Assembly (NCBI GenBank): GCA_965140445.1
Contig: OZ223236.1
Span: 2,176,001 to 2,240,000 of the forward strand
Direction of reading: 5' to 3'
Source: Candidatus Ozemobacteraceae bacterium
Lineage (GTDB): Bacteria > Muiribacteriota > Ozemobacteria > Ozemobacterales > Ozemobacteraceae
DNA length: 64,000 bases
The notes below the pieces were generated by a model. The model saw only the letters and a list, made by a program, of their open reading frames with translations, was not told where the DNA came from and made no database searches. Each line of letters begins with the position of its first letter. Positions within the stretch are counted from its first letter, which is position 1. A program made the translations under genes and the position numbers. Positions 19,857 through 29,869 of the stretch are shown here, in pieces.

Positions 19857-19860
19857 TTTC

Positions 19861-22092
19861 ATGAAAAGTTTGAAGCAAGAAAATAGAGCTTTCTGGATCT
19901 TTTTGATCTGGATTTTGGTGCTTCCTTTTATTCATCATCCAGGAATATCTGCGCAAAGTGAAAAAGATGAAGCTGCACAGGAAGAAGTTCTGCCTGATGA
20001 GGCTCCGGAAAAAAATGATGCGGATTCTGAAGAAGTGCAGGGCGATGAAGCCGACCCAGCTCCTAAAGCTGGCGAAGAGGCTGATGAAGAGGAAGAAGAG
20101 CCAGAAAAAGTTGATGAAGCTCTTCCTGCTTTGTCTGCAAACCCTGAAGAACTTGCAATTGAAGTTAACGGGATTTTCAGAGCCAAAAAATTTAAGGATG
20201 TTTTCAAGAAGCTAAGCAAGCATGAAGATGCAGTAGAGACTTCAAAAGATCTTCTGGCGATGTATGTAGAAAGTATTGTGCAATCTGACAAACCAGATTA
20301 TCGCAAAATGGATCGATACGCAGGAATTTTGCTAAGAAAAGACTCCAAAAGTTCCCTTGGAAACTATGCAAAAGCTGTGTCAGCATTAAATGCCAAAAAA
20401 CCAAATCTGAAAAAGGCTTTGTCCTATATTTCAAAAGCTAAATCAGCTAAGAAGCCTTATCCAGACGCAGCTGCGACATACTACATGATTTTATTAAAAT
20501 CATATTGGCAAATTCTTATTGCAATAGTTTTGCTCCCCATTGTTGCGATTGTAAAGGTCATTCAAAAGAAAAAGGCAGCGGCCAAGCCAACAGTAGAGAT
20601 TAATCTCGATGTTCCGGTAGAAGAAAGTTCTTCCGAAAGCCCTGAAAGCGATGTCGTTGAAGAAAGTTCAGCAAATCTTGATGTTGCAACTGAAGCTGTG
20701 CCTTCCTCCGATCCGGTATCAGCTCAATCTGAACAAACAGAACCTTCTGTAAAGCCTGCAGTAGAACCAACCCCATCCGTTCCTGTAACTGAACCCGAAC
20801 CTGCAGTTAATGCTCAACCTGCTGAGCCTTCAACTCCAGCTCCCGCCCCTGAAATTACAGGCGGATCTGTTGCTGTTGAGGCAAATCCTGAGCCAGTAAA
20901 TCCATATTTTCCGCAGTATTCAAATGCTCCTGAAGGAAATGCGCCGGCAACACCGGTGCAGAATGATACACCTGCTCCTGTAATTGAAAAAAATGAACCA
21001 GTAAACCCCTATTTTCCACAATATGGAAACGCTGCTTCAGCTGGGCCTGTTGCTGCGCCTGCCCAGAACGCTAAAGAGCCGGAATCCCCGCTTCCTGTTT
21101 CAACTCCAGTTGCGCCAGAACCACCTGCTTCAGATTATCGGCATCCATCTTTGCAGGCAAAGCATTCTGCAAGTGTTCAAAACCTGGCAGAACCAAGTCG
21201 AAGAGCCCCTGTAAGCGATGATCACGAGTTGGACGCTATCTGGAATAAATTGTGCCAGAAAGCGCTGGATAAGAGAATCCCACGGCAGGTTCGAGACGCA
21301 GCAGAGCAAAGATCGGCGTATCGGCCTGGTTTAGGCGGTTCCCCGAGAACATCATATTCTGGGGCTGAAGTAGGCGATCCTATTGAGCCACAAATTGATT
21401 TTAACGTAACTATCGATCTATCTGAGGATTCACTTAAAGATGATTTAATCGGAAAATTGAAAATGCTGGCCATTAGTGACGGTGAATTAAGATCGTTACT
21501 GGCACAAAAAAATCCAGCTCATATTCCTCATTTTATAGAATATGTATTAACAAAGCCTGAACCAGTTAGGTTATCTCTTGTTGCCAGAGAGTTGGGCCAT
21601 TTTACTGACCCAGCTGTTATCGATACTTTGGCAAGCTTGTTGTATAACGAAGATCAAAGAGTAGCTCTTGCCGCAATTCAAGGGCTGGAGAATTCGAAAA
21701 GCCCAATGGCTATTTTACACATATGCCCCTTTCTAAAATCTGACATTCCTATTCTTGCGCAGGCTGCGAGAAGTGCATTGTCCAATTTTGGTGCTGTTAA
21801 GATTCTAAAAGCCTTTTTGAAGCTTCCAGCTCATCCTGACGAAAGAATTCGTGAATCTGGTGTGTTTGTTTTATCAAGAATGAAGGGCGCTCAGGTTGAA
21901 GAACTTTTGTTGCAAATGCTTCATGACGAATCCCCACTGATTCGCCAGAAGGTTCTTTTGGCTATGTCTTACCAGAAAAATGCGAACTACCTGCCAGATT
22001 TGCGCGAGTTTTTCAGAACAGCTGAAGGCGAAGACAAAACACTGGTAAGGAAAGCTATTGTGTACCTACAGGGATTTTCACGAAAGAGTTAA
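19861..22092 (+). CDS. Membrane-anchored protein with acidic/TPR-like N-domain, Pro-rich linker and C-terminal HEAT repeats
   Basis: Signal-like N-terminus, TM ILIAIVLLPIVAIV, long P/A/E-rich linker, repeats such as DQRVALAAIQGL, DERIRESGVFVL and ESPLIRQKVLLAM. Confidence 0.75.
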   Translation: MKSLKQENRAFWIFLIWILVLPFIHHPGISAQSEKDEAAQEEVLPDEAPEKNDADSEEVQGDEADPAPKAGEEADEEEEEPEKVDEALPALSANPEELAIEVNGIFRAKKFKDVFKKLSKHEDAVETSKDLLAMYVESIVQSDKPDYRKMDRYAGILLRKDSKSSLGNYAKAVSALNAKKPNLKKALSYISKAKSAKKPYPDAAATYYMILLKSYWQILIAIVLLPIVAIVKVIQKKKAAAKPTVEINLDVPVEESSSESPESDVVEESSANLDVATEAVPSSDPVSAQSEQTEPSVKPAVEPTPSVPVTEPEPAVNAQPAEPSTPAPAPEITGGSVAVEANPEPVNPYFPQYSNAPEGNAPATPVQNDTPAPVIEKNEPVNPYFPQYGNAASAGPVAAPAQNAKEPESPLPVSTPVAPEPPASDYRHPSLQAKHSASVQNLAEPSRRAPVSDDHELDAIWNKLCQKALDKRIPRQVRDAAEQRSAYRPGLGGSPRTSYSGAEVGDPIEPQIDFNVTIDLSEDSLKDDLIGKLKMLAISDGELRSLLAQKNPAHIPHFIEYVLTKPEPVRLSLVARELGHFTDPAVIDTLASLLYNEDQRVALAAIQGLENSKSPMAILHICPFLKSDIPILAQAARSALSNFGAVKILKAFLKLPAHPDERIRESGVFVLSRMKGAQVEELLLQMLHDESPLIRQKVLLAMSYQKNANYLPDLREFFRTAEGEDKTLVRKAIVYLQGFSRKS

Positions 22093-22095
22093 GGT

Positions 22096-25000
22096 TTAGA
22101 TTCCAGATCTGATATGAAGTAAAATATAGTCTGGCAGCCAGGTAACCCCTTCTGAAAAGGCTCGTAACCTGACATCTATTTCTTTTGCTATTTCCTTTTG
22201 ATTTGCCTTGTTTGCACTTTCTATTATTTGAACAAGACCGTCAGATCCAAGTTTAGCCTGTTCTTGATTCTGAAGGTTTATTACTCCCTGGGTAAACAGG
22301 AATAGGCTTTTGCCTTTTAATGAAACTTCATGGTTTGAAAACTTGGCTTTTGGAATTATGCCAAGTGGGCTTGAGGCAATACTAAGTTGTTGAATCCCAT
22401 CGTTCCCAAGTGAAATTGGAAAAGTCTGTCCCGCATTCGCGCATTTTAAAGTGTCGTTAGTAACATCTACAATTCCTATAAAACCGGTAATCAAATGTCC
22501 TTTTCCTTGATACGGAAGTAAGGTTTTGTTTAGCTCCTGAAGAATGCTTGCGGGGTTGTCTGGGAACTTCAGGCATAAAAGCCTTACTGAACTTTTTAAC
22601 ATTGCAGCAAGTGTCGAAGTTTCGCGAGTTTCATTTACAACTTCAAATATGGCAACAAGAAAACCACCATGTTTCAATGGAAAATAATTCACGACGGCTT
22701 GTGGCGCAATTGATGAAAATCTAAATATCGGCGATATTAAAAAGCTACCAAATCTTGCTTCTTTTTGCTGTATGAGTTCATGGGTTATTTTTTCTGAGAC
22801 CTGTTCTTCTACTAAAAAATGGGTGGCGGCATTAAATTCTGATGCGAGAGAGTCGAATTCTTCGGTCCCGGTTTCTTCTATTTTTTCATTGAATTTTCCC
22901 TCTGCAAAGTGCTTAATTGCGCTATTTAGCTTTGCAACAGGAATCAGTATGCTTTGATTCAGAAGCCAACCCAATGAAAGGCCGATCAAAATAATTATAA
23001 AGTAGCAAAATGCAATCAAGTTCCAGATTCTGTTATATTGTGCCTCTATTTTTGCCACTGGCGTTATTTTCAGGAGTTGGTAATGCTTCAAAAAAGAGCA
23101 TTTTAGAGCGCAAATAATGCTCTCCTGACCATTGATTTTCATTTTCATTGTAAAGTTCTGAAGATGACTTTCCTGCCTTTTGAAAGCCCTTTGAAAGTTC
23201 TTAAATTCCATTAAATCGGGAAAGTTTACCGCAAATTGATGCGTGGAAATTGCTCTTATATCTTCTCCTGAAACCAGTTTTTGCTGATTTTCATCAAAGC
23301 CTGGTTGATTTTTACTTATAAAAAATAGCTCAAGGAATTGTCGCTCAAAGTTAACCAGATCGGTAAAGATTATTGTGCCATACCACGCTTCTTTTGAAGG
23401 ACCTGGAATCACATCAAGAAAACCGAGATGAATTTCATTTATGCCTTGAATATAAGTAAATTTTGAAATGTTGGTTTTGGCTTCTGCAAAGAGTGACTGG
23501 GTTTGTGACTCAATCAGTGTGCCAACCACAAGGTCTGAACCTGATTTTTTGATCGGAGAAGTGATACCTTTTGAGTGGTTCCAAAATTCCATTGCTGAAA
23601 GACATGTATGCTTGAGCAAGTTAACAAATCCAGAATTGCTAAATCCATTTTCATTCAGATTTGCATCCAGATTTGCACCTTCGTGAGAATTCTCAAGCAG
23701 AGCTTTGATATGTTTTGAAGTCAGGTTGGCCTGTCTGGACTTCCAGCTGTTAAAAATAGCTTCACGTTCGGCTCTGGATTTGTCTGAGTGCCTTCTTATT
23801 TCAGCTGTTAGCAGGTCATTTGAATATAGGATTTTTCCAGAAGATGCTACAAGATGCATGCTGTCGACGTTAAAAGACAGATATTTTTTGTGGAAAGTTT
23901 CTCTCAGCTTCTGGACATCTGTTGCTATTGGACTTAGGTTTTTGGTGAACTTCCTCAGATCCAGTAATCTGGATGTAATAAATCTATCGAAGCTTACGTC
24001 AATCTCAGATAATCTGCGAAAATCTTCCTGTTTGCTTTCTTCAAAAAGGGTTGTTTTATACTCGTTTAAATATTGATTCACCAGGAACATAGAAACCACT
24101 ATCGGGAGCGCAAAACTCAGAGAAAAAATTCCAAAAACCCTGTATTTTTGTTCCTTATCATCCTGCTTTAATAAAACGGTTGACCTGTATGTGTGCTTTA
24201 AAAGGAAGAAAGTTACAATAAGAAAGAAAATCAGTGATAAAACCACTAACTTAACCGGCATGCTTGGAATATCCTGAGCTCCGACCAGAAGCGTATATTC
24301 GTCAAATCGCTTTAACAGGACAACCTTGTTTTTGAGGATAAAACGATTAGTTGGATGCTGTTTATAATAGTCCAGCAGATTAAGGGCATCAAATCCTTTC
24401 AGTGTTTGCGGAAGCTTTGATGTTCCGTTTTCAATCATATAGCCAAATCTGTTTTTATCTTTGCTGGAAACGGTTTTGTTAAAGATTTGGCTATGATTTA
24501 GGTTTTGTCCATGAATGAAAACCAGGATTCCCGCAACCATGTTTCCTTTTAGTGATTTGTCTACATCAAAGTAGCAATAAGAGAATCGGTCTGGGTTCCC
24601 AATTTCAATAACTGCGCCATGTTGTTCTCTGGCGTTTTTTAGCACGTATTGTGGAAAGGGAATCAGCTGGCTGAGAGAAGCGATTTCTTCTTCAGTTACG
24701 GGAGCACAGTTCTCGATTTCTGAATTTAGCAGGCTAAAAAGCAACTCATAGGTTGAGTTTGCGCCACGAGTTTTTATTATCTGGGAATTTCCATCAAAAA
24801 GATAAATTTCAAGAGCATTACCTGAAAGTTGTCTGTTAAATTCTGAAATAACTTTGTTTAAAGAATCTGAGTTGGCTGGTAAGCCCTTTAGTTGCAGAAA
24901 AATATTTTTGAATTCTGGCTGGAAAAACCTCACAGCACTGCTTTGATAGGCTGCATCATCTAATTGTTCTTCCAGGTTTTGCCAGATTTTTTGGATTTCC

Positions 25001-25158
25001 TGATTGTGCATATCCCTGCATAGAAGAAACAGTCCCCCGAATAACAGGAATGAGGGAATGCCGAGCGTTAGCGAAACCATGAAAATCCATTTTAAGAATC
25101 TGGACTTATGTTTTTGCCCAGAAGCGCATGCTTCTGCCTTTTTTTGCTCAAATTTCAT
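22096..25158 (-). CDS. Large membrane protein with HAMP and degenerate SpoIIE/PP2C-like domain
   Basis: Several TMs, HAMP (PVAKLNSAIKHFAEG...EEFDSLASEFN), SpoIIE-like CANAGQTFP, SSPLGI, LFTQGV. Confidence 0.75.
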   Translation of the reverse strand: MKFEQKKAEACASGQKHKSRFLKWIFMVSLTLGIPSFLLFGGLFLLCRDMHNQEIQKIWQNLEEQLDDAAYQSSAVRFFQPEFKNIFLQLKGLPANSDSLNKVISEFNRQLSGNALEIYLFDGNSQIIKTRGANSTYELLFSLLNSEIENCAPVTEEEIASLSQLIPFPQYVLKNAREQHGAVIEIGNPDRFSYCYFDVDKSLKGNMVAGILVFIHGQNLNHSQIFNKTVSSKDKNRFGYMIENGTSKLPQTLKGFDALNLLDYYKQHPTNRFILKNKVVLLKRFDEYTLLVGAQDIPSMPVKLVVLSLIFFLIVTFFLLKHTYRSTVLLKQDDKEQKYRVFGIFSLSFALPIVVSMFLVNQYLNEYKTTLFEESKQEDFRRLSEIDVSFDRFITSRLLDLRKFTKNLSPIATDVQKLRETFHKKYLSFNVDSMHLVASSGKILYSNDLLTAEIRRHSDKSRAEREAIFNSWKSRQANLTSKHIKALLENSHEGANLDANLNENGFSNSGFVNLLKHTCLSAMEFWNHSKGITSPIKKSGSDLVVGTLIESQTQSLFAEAKTNISKFTYIQGINEIHLGFLDVIPGPSKEAWYGTIIFTDLVNFERQFLELFFISKNQPGFDENQQKLVSGEDIRAISTHQFAVNFPDLMEFKNFQRAFKRQESHLQNFTMKMKINGQESIICALKCSFLKHYQLLKITPVAKIEAQYNRIWNLIAFCYFIIILIGLSLGWLLNQSILIPVAKLNSAIKHFAEGKFNEKIEETGTEEFDSLASEFNAATHFLVEEQVSEKITHELIQQKEARFGSFLISPIFRFSSIAPQAVVNYFPLKHGGFLVAIFEVVNETRETSTLAAMLKSSVRLLCLKFPDNPASILQELNKTLLPYQGKGHLITGFIGIVDVTNDTLKCANAGQTFPISLGNDGIQQLSIASSPLGIIPKAKFSNHEVSLKGKSLFLFTQGVINLQNQEQAKLGSDGLVQIIESANKANQKEIAKEIDVRLRAFSEGVTWLPDYILLHIRSGI

Positions 25159-28027
25159 AAAGTTCTTCCGATTTAGACAATTTAAAAAAGCACATGTTTA
25201 CTTTGTGGGAGTCAGACAGGAGTGTGAATATTCCTGTTTTTAAATTTTCTATGCCAGGTTCATCTGAGAACATTTCTTTCAAAGAGGAACTCAGGTTTTC
25301 ATTAGTTATTAAACCAGCAATTTCTGGTGATACCAGATAAAGGGCGGTTAAATCTTTTATTGGAACTTCCTTGTCAACAATAGGGTGGTTCTTTTGAGGG
25401 GATTCTTCAGTCGAGCCAAAATCTATTATTTCTGGAGTCTTTCCTTTTTTCTTGGTGAGAATGATTGGTGACCCACAGTGGGCTATGGTTATCATTCGTG
25501 GCTCTGGAAAGAAAAGCCCCGCAACAATATCACCGCATATGTTTTTTCTGAGATGAATTCTAAAAAATTCTTCTGCTTCTTTTAAGCATTTTGCTGGAGA
25601 TAGGTCTTCGGATTCAGAGAACAAATAGTCCAGAACTGATTTGAACATGGCCAATTGAATTTCATTGCTTATTTTACTGATCTTTTCTTTGAGTCTGAAA
25701 TGATAAAAAAATACGCTTTTGTCTTTACCTTGTCCAAATGAGAAAAATTCTGTCTGCTCAATGTTACCGATTGAAAATCTGAAACCTTCAAGCAGGAATG
25801 ACTTAATCTGCATTCTTGTTTCAGGAAGAATCAGGTGCTTAAATTCTTCGCTGGCACTAATTGAGTTTGTTTTTAAAACAATTTCTTCCAGGGCGGTTGC
25901 TATGTTCTGAATTTCAGCTCCACTGGTTGCATTTGCCAGTTCATGGATCTGATTTTTTTGCGTATTTTTTGATGAATTAGCAAGGTTTTTGATAGGTCTG
26001 ATGATTGAACTGAAAAACGCATATGCAAGGGCGCAAACCAAAAACACCGTTAAAATTGCCCCGAAAAGGAAAATCGATGACATTTCTGCAAGGTCACTTT
26101 TTATCTTTTCCAGAGGGATTATGATGAAGAGATTGTAATTTTTTAAATTACTTCCTGGTATGGCTACAATAAGGGATTCAATCTCACTGACTCTTCCGAT
26201 TTTTGAACAAAAAACCTGTGTTTGATTGACCAGATCGTGTAACTTCCACATTGGAAGCTCGTTTAAATAAGAATATCTTGGAAAATATGCTGTTTTGCTA
26301 CCTGGCTGTTTTGGAAAGGCTGCAAGCTGAAATCCGGTTGATCTGACCAGATCTTCCTCAGCCATTTTCAGGTATTTCTTTTGCATTTTTAAAGTGTCGT
26401 GAACAACGATAAAACAACCATTAGCTTTGTGTGCTTCATTGAAGGTCAGGTCCATGTAGGTAAGAGTTTCGTCTCCGGCAAATACTATTGACTGAAGGGT
26501 GGATCGGTTTGCCATTAAACCTTCAACCGGGCGGGCTGTGATCGCCCCCATTCCAACAGGATCGAGCGAAGGGCTTTTTTTATCAGAGCCTGAAGAATTG
26601 TAAGATTCTAAAACCTGCTTTGAAATCATTGAAACAAACTTGTGATATTTACTCTCAATAGAATGTTTATTCTTTCCGGAAATCTGAGGGGCCTTAAATA
26701 GATATTTGCCTTCAGGGGATACATAGCTGGCAAATTCAATTTTCTCTTCCTTCTGGGCTTTTAAAATGGGAGAGAGAAGCTGTTTGAGTTTTTTTCTATC
26801 AGGAACCAGTTGAGAATTTAAATGTCTGTATTGTCGGAGGAGATCTCCAAATGAAGCAAAAAAGTTTTGATCAATTTTTTCGAGCATTTCTCCTGCTCTA
26901 ATCTTATATTCCGCCAAAAGGGAATCCTGCTTTTCTCTTTGATAAAAGAAAATTCCGGAAAATAGTATTAAAGCGCCTAAAAGTGCTGTGAAGCTAAATA
27001 TCAGGCCAAATTGGGTTTCAATCGAAAGTTTGAATCTAACTTTAAAAGCGACTTTCCAGATCAATAGCAGAAAAACTGCCGGCAAGATTACCAGCCCGAG
27101 ATCATACAGGCTTTCTTTAACTCCAGAGCGTGGCATGAGCTTCTTTCTGCAGATCAGACGAATTCCTTCTTTGGTATCGCTAATGGAAAAAAGGTTTCCT
27201 TCAAGCTCAAACTGATTTTTCAGATCTGTTCTTGTCAGGAACTTAACTCCCTTTAAAGAAAGTTTCAAATTGCCTGTAGAGCTTGTGTGCATCGGTTGGG
27301 CAAGATCAATCCACGAGAAACCATAGTTTTTTCCGGCAAATCTCTGAACTTTTCTGATGGCAAGTTCTGCTAAATGATGAAAATTGATTTTTTCAGAATC
27401 AATGAAACAGAGCAGACTTCCAGTGGATTTGTCAGCGAAGGCAATCTTAAACCAGGCTCCAAATTTTTTTAAACCAACCCCGGAAAAATCACAAATAGTT
27501 TGCGGGGATTTAGCCAGCTGAAAAAGGGTCGTAGAATTTCCTGAAAAGGAATCTGCAATGCTCAATTCACGCTTATTTACTGATGATTCGCTGTTTTCTG
27601 AAAGTGTGGTCAAGGTTTTCATGTAGCTTTCAGATATGCGCTTTTTGCCCTTTACGGACTTATCCCAGGGAATGCGTTTATTATTTGAGTCAAACAGGAA
27701 TAATTCAACATTTTCAGTGTTAAAGTTTGTGGAAATATCTGCAGTGTCTGTTGCCCATTTAAAGTTTTCCGCAATCTTTCTAAGCTGGTTTTGATAATAG
27801 GTTTGTGGAGTTGATAATCTTGAAAGATGGGCTGTTATTTCCGCCAGTTCATTGAATTCCTTTTCTTTCTGTCTTTGCAGCTGGTTTTTTTGAAATTCAG
27901 AAACGATAAGGTAAACCGATAAAAAGGGAAGAAAAACAAGCAGAACAATTTTTAAAAGGTCTGAAAAAAAAGCGGTAATTCGATTATATTCCATTTTTTT
28001 GGACAAACTGTATGTACCTCTCCACAA
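25148..28027 (-). CDS. Large membrane protein, paralog of the neighbour, with a more degenerate HAMP/SpoIIE-like C-terminus
   Basis: Same TM layout and similar internal segments (EKIDQNF vs SEIDVSF); IRPIKNLA HAMP-like start; IAHCGSP at the ANAG position. Confidence 0.6.
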   Translation of the reverse strand: MWRGTYSLSKKMEYNRITAFFSDLLKIVLLVFLPFLSVYLIVSEFQKNQLQRQKEKEFNELAEITAHLSRLSTPQTYYQNQLRKIAENFKWATDTADISTNFNTENVELFLFDSNNKRIPWDKSVKGKKRISESYMKTLTTLSENSESSVNKRELSIADSFSGNSTTLFQLAKSPQTICDFSGVGLKKFGAWFKIAFADKSTGSLLCFIDSEKINFHHLAELAIRKVQRFAGKNYGFSWIDLAQPMHTSSTGNLKLSLKGVKFLTRTDLKNQFELEGNLFSISDTKEGIRLICRKKLMPRSGVKESLYDLGLVILPAVFLLLIWKVAFKVRFKLSIETQFGLIFSFTALLGALILFSGIFFYQREKQDSLLAEYKIRAGEMLEKIDQNFFASFGDLLRQYRHLNSQLVPDRKKLKQLLSPILKAQKEEKIEFASYVSPEGKYLFKAPQISGKNKHSIESKYHKFVSMISKQVLESYNSSGSDKKSPSLDPVGMGAITARPVEGLMANRSTLQSIVFAGDETLTYMDLTFNEAHKANGCFIVVHDTLKMQKKYLKMAEEDLVRSTGFQLAAFPKQPGSKTAYFPRYSYLNELPMWKLHDLVNQTQVFCSKIGRVSEIESLIVAIPGSNLKNYNLFIIIPLEKIKSDLAEMSSIFLFGAILTVFLVCALAYAFFSSIIRPIKNLANSSKNTQKNQIHELANATSGAEIQNIATALEEIVLKTNSISASEEFKHLILPETRMQIKSFLLEGFRFSIGNIEQTEFFSFGQGKDKSVFFYHFRLKEKISKISNEIQLAMFKSVLDYLFSESEDLSPAKCLKEAEEFFRIHLRKNICGDIVAGLFFPEPRMITIAHCGSPIILTKKKGKTPEIIDFGSTEESPQKNHPIVDKEVPIKDLTALYLVSPEIAGLITNENLSSSLKEMFSDEPGIENLKTGIFTLLSDSHKVNMCFFKLSKSEELYEI

Positions 28028-28091
28028 AATAGTCTAATTCACGAGGGGCATACATTCAACCAATTATTAACTTATAACGCACTTTTTTTGC

Positions 28092-28118
28092 AAAATAAAA
28101 CCGCCTTTTTCAAGGCGG
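28092..28118 (-). terminator. Intrinsic terminator
   Basis: ccgcctt/aaggcgg stem with a U-rich tail on the minus strand, after the 28141 stop. Confidence 0.6.
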
Positions 28119-28140
28119 CTAATTTAATTAACGAATTTTG

Positions 28141-29307
28141 TTATTGTGCGGCTTTTACCTGCTGAAGAATTTGCTTTGCTTTCTGGAGCTGAGCAATTGC
28201 CTGATTGATTTCAGCCTGACTTGCATTTTGATTGTTGGCTATTTTTATATAGCCTTCATAAGCTTTCTGGTAATAGGCCATTGCATCTTGAACAGAAATC
28301 TTTTTGGCTGCAGAAGTGCTGGATGTTCCACTTGAAGCCGAAGCGCTGTTGCTTCCAGAAGTGGTATTGCCATAGGAAATTGTTGGTGATGATGCTGTTC
28401 CATTAGAAGAAGCAGGGGGCTGATTATACTTGGTGTTGTATTTTGTAAGCGCTGCTGAATATTCGTTTTGAACATCAATGAATTCGCCGAATCGCTTGGT
28501 AAGCTGAACTGCTCCGGTTTGAGCTATATTGCCAAGTCGTTCTGCGGCTTTTCCTGAATTTTGAACCTTTTCCATTGTTTTGCCAATGTTAAGGATTGCA
28601 TCCAGACTTCCACCCATAATTTTTTCTATTTCGCTTTTTATGCCGATAAGCTCATTGATTGAGTTCTTTGCTTCATTAAAATAGGCAACAGCTTCAATTC
28701 CTATCTGAGCACATTTGAGAGGGTATTTGGCTTCAACTTTTCCAAGGTCATACTCATCTTTAAGTCTTCCCCATTTGAAAAGGTTGATCGGATTTTCTTT
28801 AACTGCTGAGAAAACTCTTCCCCATCCCTGAGCTCCGGCCAGGCTATTGAGTCTGTCGTTAGGAATTCTTTTTACAACATTCTTGGCAGCGGAAATCGTG
28901 TCAGTGCGGTTGGCCAGATCAGAGAAATATTTTAAACTGGAAGCACTGTTTTTATACATCTGGGTAAATTTGGGTGCCAGATTGTTATATTCTTTAAAAG
29001 TTACAGAAATTGCTTTGGCAATCTCAAGAAGTTTTGGCAAATTGCCACTGAAGCTTTTGTTGCTTATCGATTTATATGCTTGCACCAGTGAGTTTGCACT
29101 TGTCGCAAAAGCTTGAATCGATTTTCTCTCACGATAAAGAGATTTTACATTGTTACTTACTACTTTTGAGTTTTGTGAAATCTGGTTGCGTTCTTTAAAC
29201 CAGAGTTGCATATCGTCGAAAATGCCTGCGTGGACAAGCTGTGTGCTAAATACAAATAGCACCAAAATTGCCAGGACACTTAGCTTTACACTAATTTTTC
29301 TAATCAT
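28141..29307 (-). CDS. Secreted alpha-helical hypothetical protein
   Basis: Signal peptide ending VHA, K/A/Q-rich helices, S/T-rich linker and a short helical C-terminal domain. Confidence 0.7.
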   Translation of the reverse strand: MIRKISVKLSVLAILVLFVFSTQLVHAGIFDDMQLWFKERNQISQNSKVVSNNVKSLYRERKSIQAFATSANSLVQAYKSISNKSFSGNLPKLLEIAKAISVTFKEYNNLAPKFTQMYKNSASSLKYFSDLANRTDTISAAKNVVKRIPNDRLNSLAGAQGWGRVFSAVKENPINLFKWGRLKDEYDLGKVEAKYPLKCAQIGIEAVAYFNEAKNSINELIGIKSEIEKIMGGSLDAILNIGKTMEKVQNSGKAAERLGNIAQTGAVQLTKRFGEFIDVQNEYSAALTKYNTKYNQPPASSNGTASSPTISYGNTTSGSNSASASSGTSSTSAAKKISVQDAMAYYQKAYEGYIKIANNQNASQAEINQAIAQLQKAKQILQQVKAAQ

Positions 29308-29477
29308 TAGTCCCCTCCAAAACTGGGAATAATCGAAGTATTTTTCTTAATTGTAAGAATGAAACATTGAAACGTCAATGTACAGTGAAAAAAACTGGTA
29401 AAAGTTATGTGTTTTGCAAGGCTAAATTCACAAACTCACCTTAATAATGAAATTAATGGAGTAAACAATTTAAGAAT

Positions 29478-29514
29478 AAAAAAAAGGGCCACCAGAAATT
29501 CTGGTAGCCCCTTT
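29478..29514 (-). terminator. Intrinsic terminator of the GNAT-thiolase-DUF35 operon
   Basis: gggccaccagaa/ttctggtagccc stem with an 8-U tail on the minus strand. Confidence 0.7.
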
Positions 29515-29526
29515 AAAAACAGCTAA

Positions 29527-29865
29527 TTAGCCTTTATAAAAAACTATACCCTTATAGCTTTTGTAATCCAGTTCTCTGACTTTTTCAATTTTGCCAAGAA
29601 CCTTCATGCCAATTTCGGGTTTATCAATTTTTAACTGCCCGGTAATTCTCGTTCCATCTGAAAGCTCAACAATACCAAGATCAAGAACAGAAACTTCAAA
29701 GTCACCTGCTGGATTGTGCAGATGAGTGAAAGTTAACAATTTGCCGTTTGATGGTAGTTCTACCGGCTCGAATTCGTCATTTCTGCACTTTTTGCAAATT
29801 GCTCTATTCGGGTAATGAATGGTTTTGCATTTCAAACACTTATATCCAATTATGCTTAGTTCCAT
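29527..29865 (-). CDS. DUF35 Zn-ribbon/OB-fold protein (thiolase partner)
   Basis: CLKC...YPNRAICKKC Zn ribbon, GKLLTFT, LGIVELSDG.RITGQ OB fold; follows a thiolase. Confidence 0.9.
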   Translation of the reverse strand: MELSIIGYKCLKCKTIHYPNRAICKKCRNDEFEPVELPSNGKLLTFTHLHNPAGDFEVSVLDLGIVELSDGTRITGQLKIDKPEIGMKVLGKIEKVRELDYKSYKGIVFYKG

Positions 29866-29869
29866 TTTA

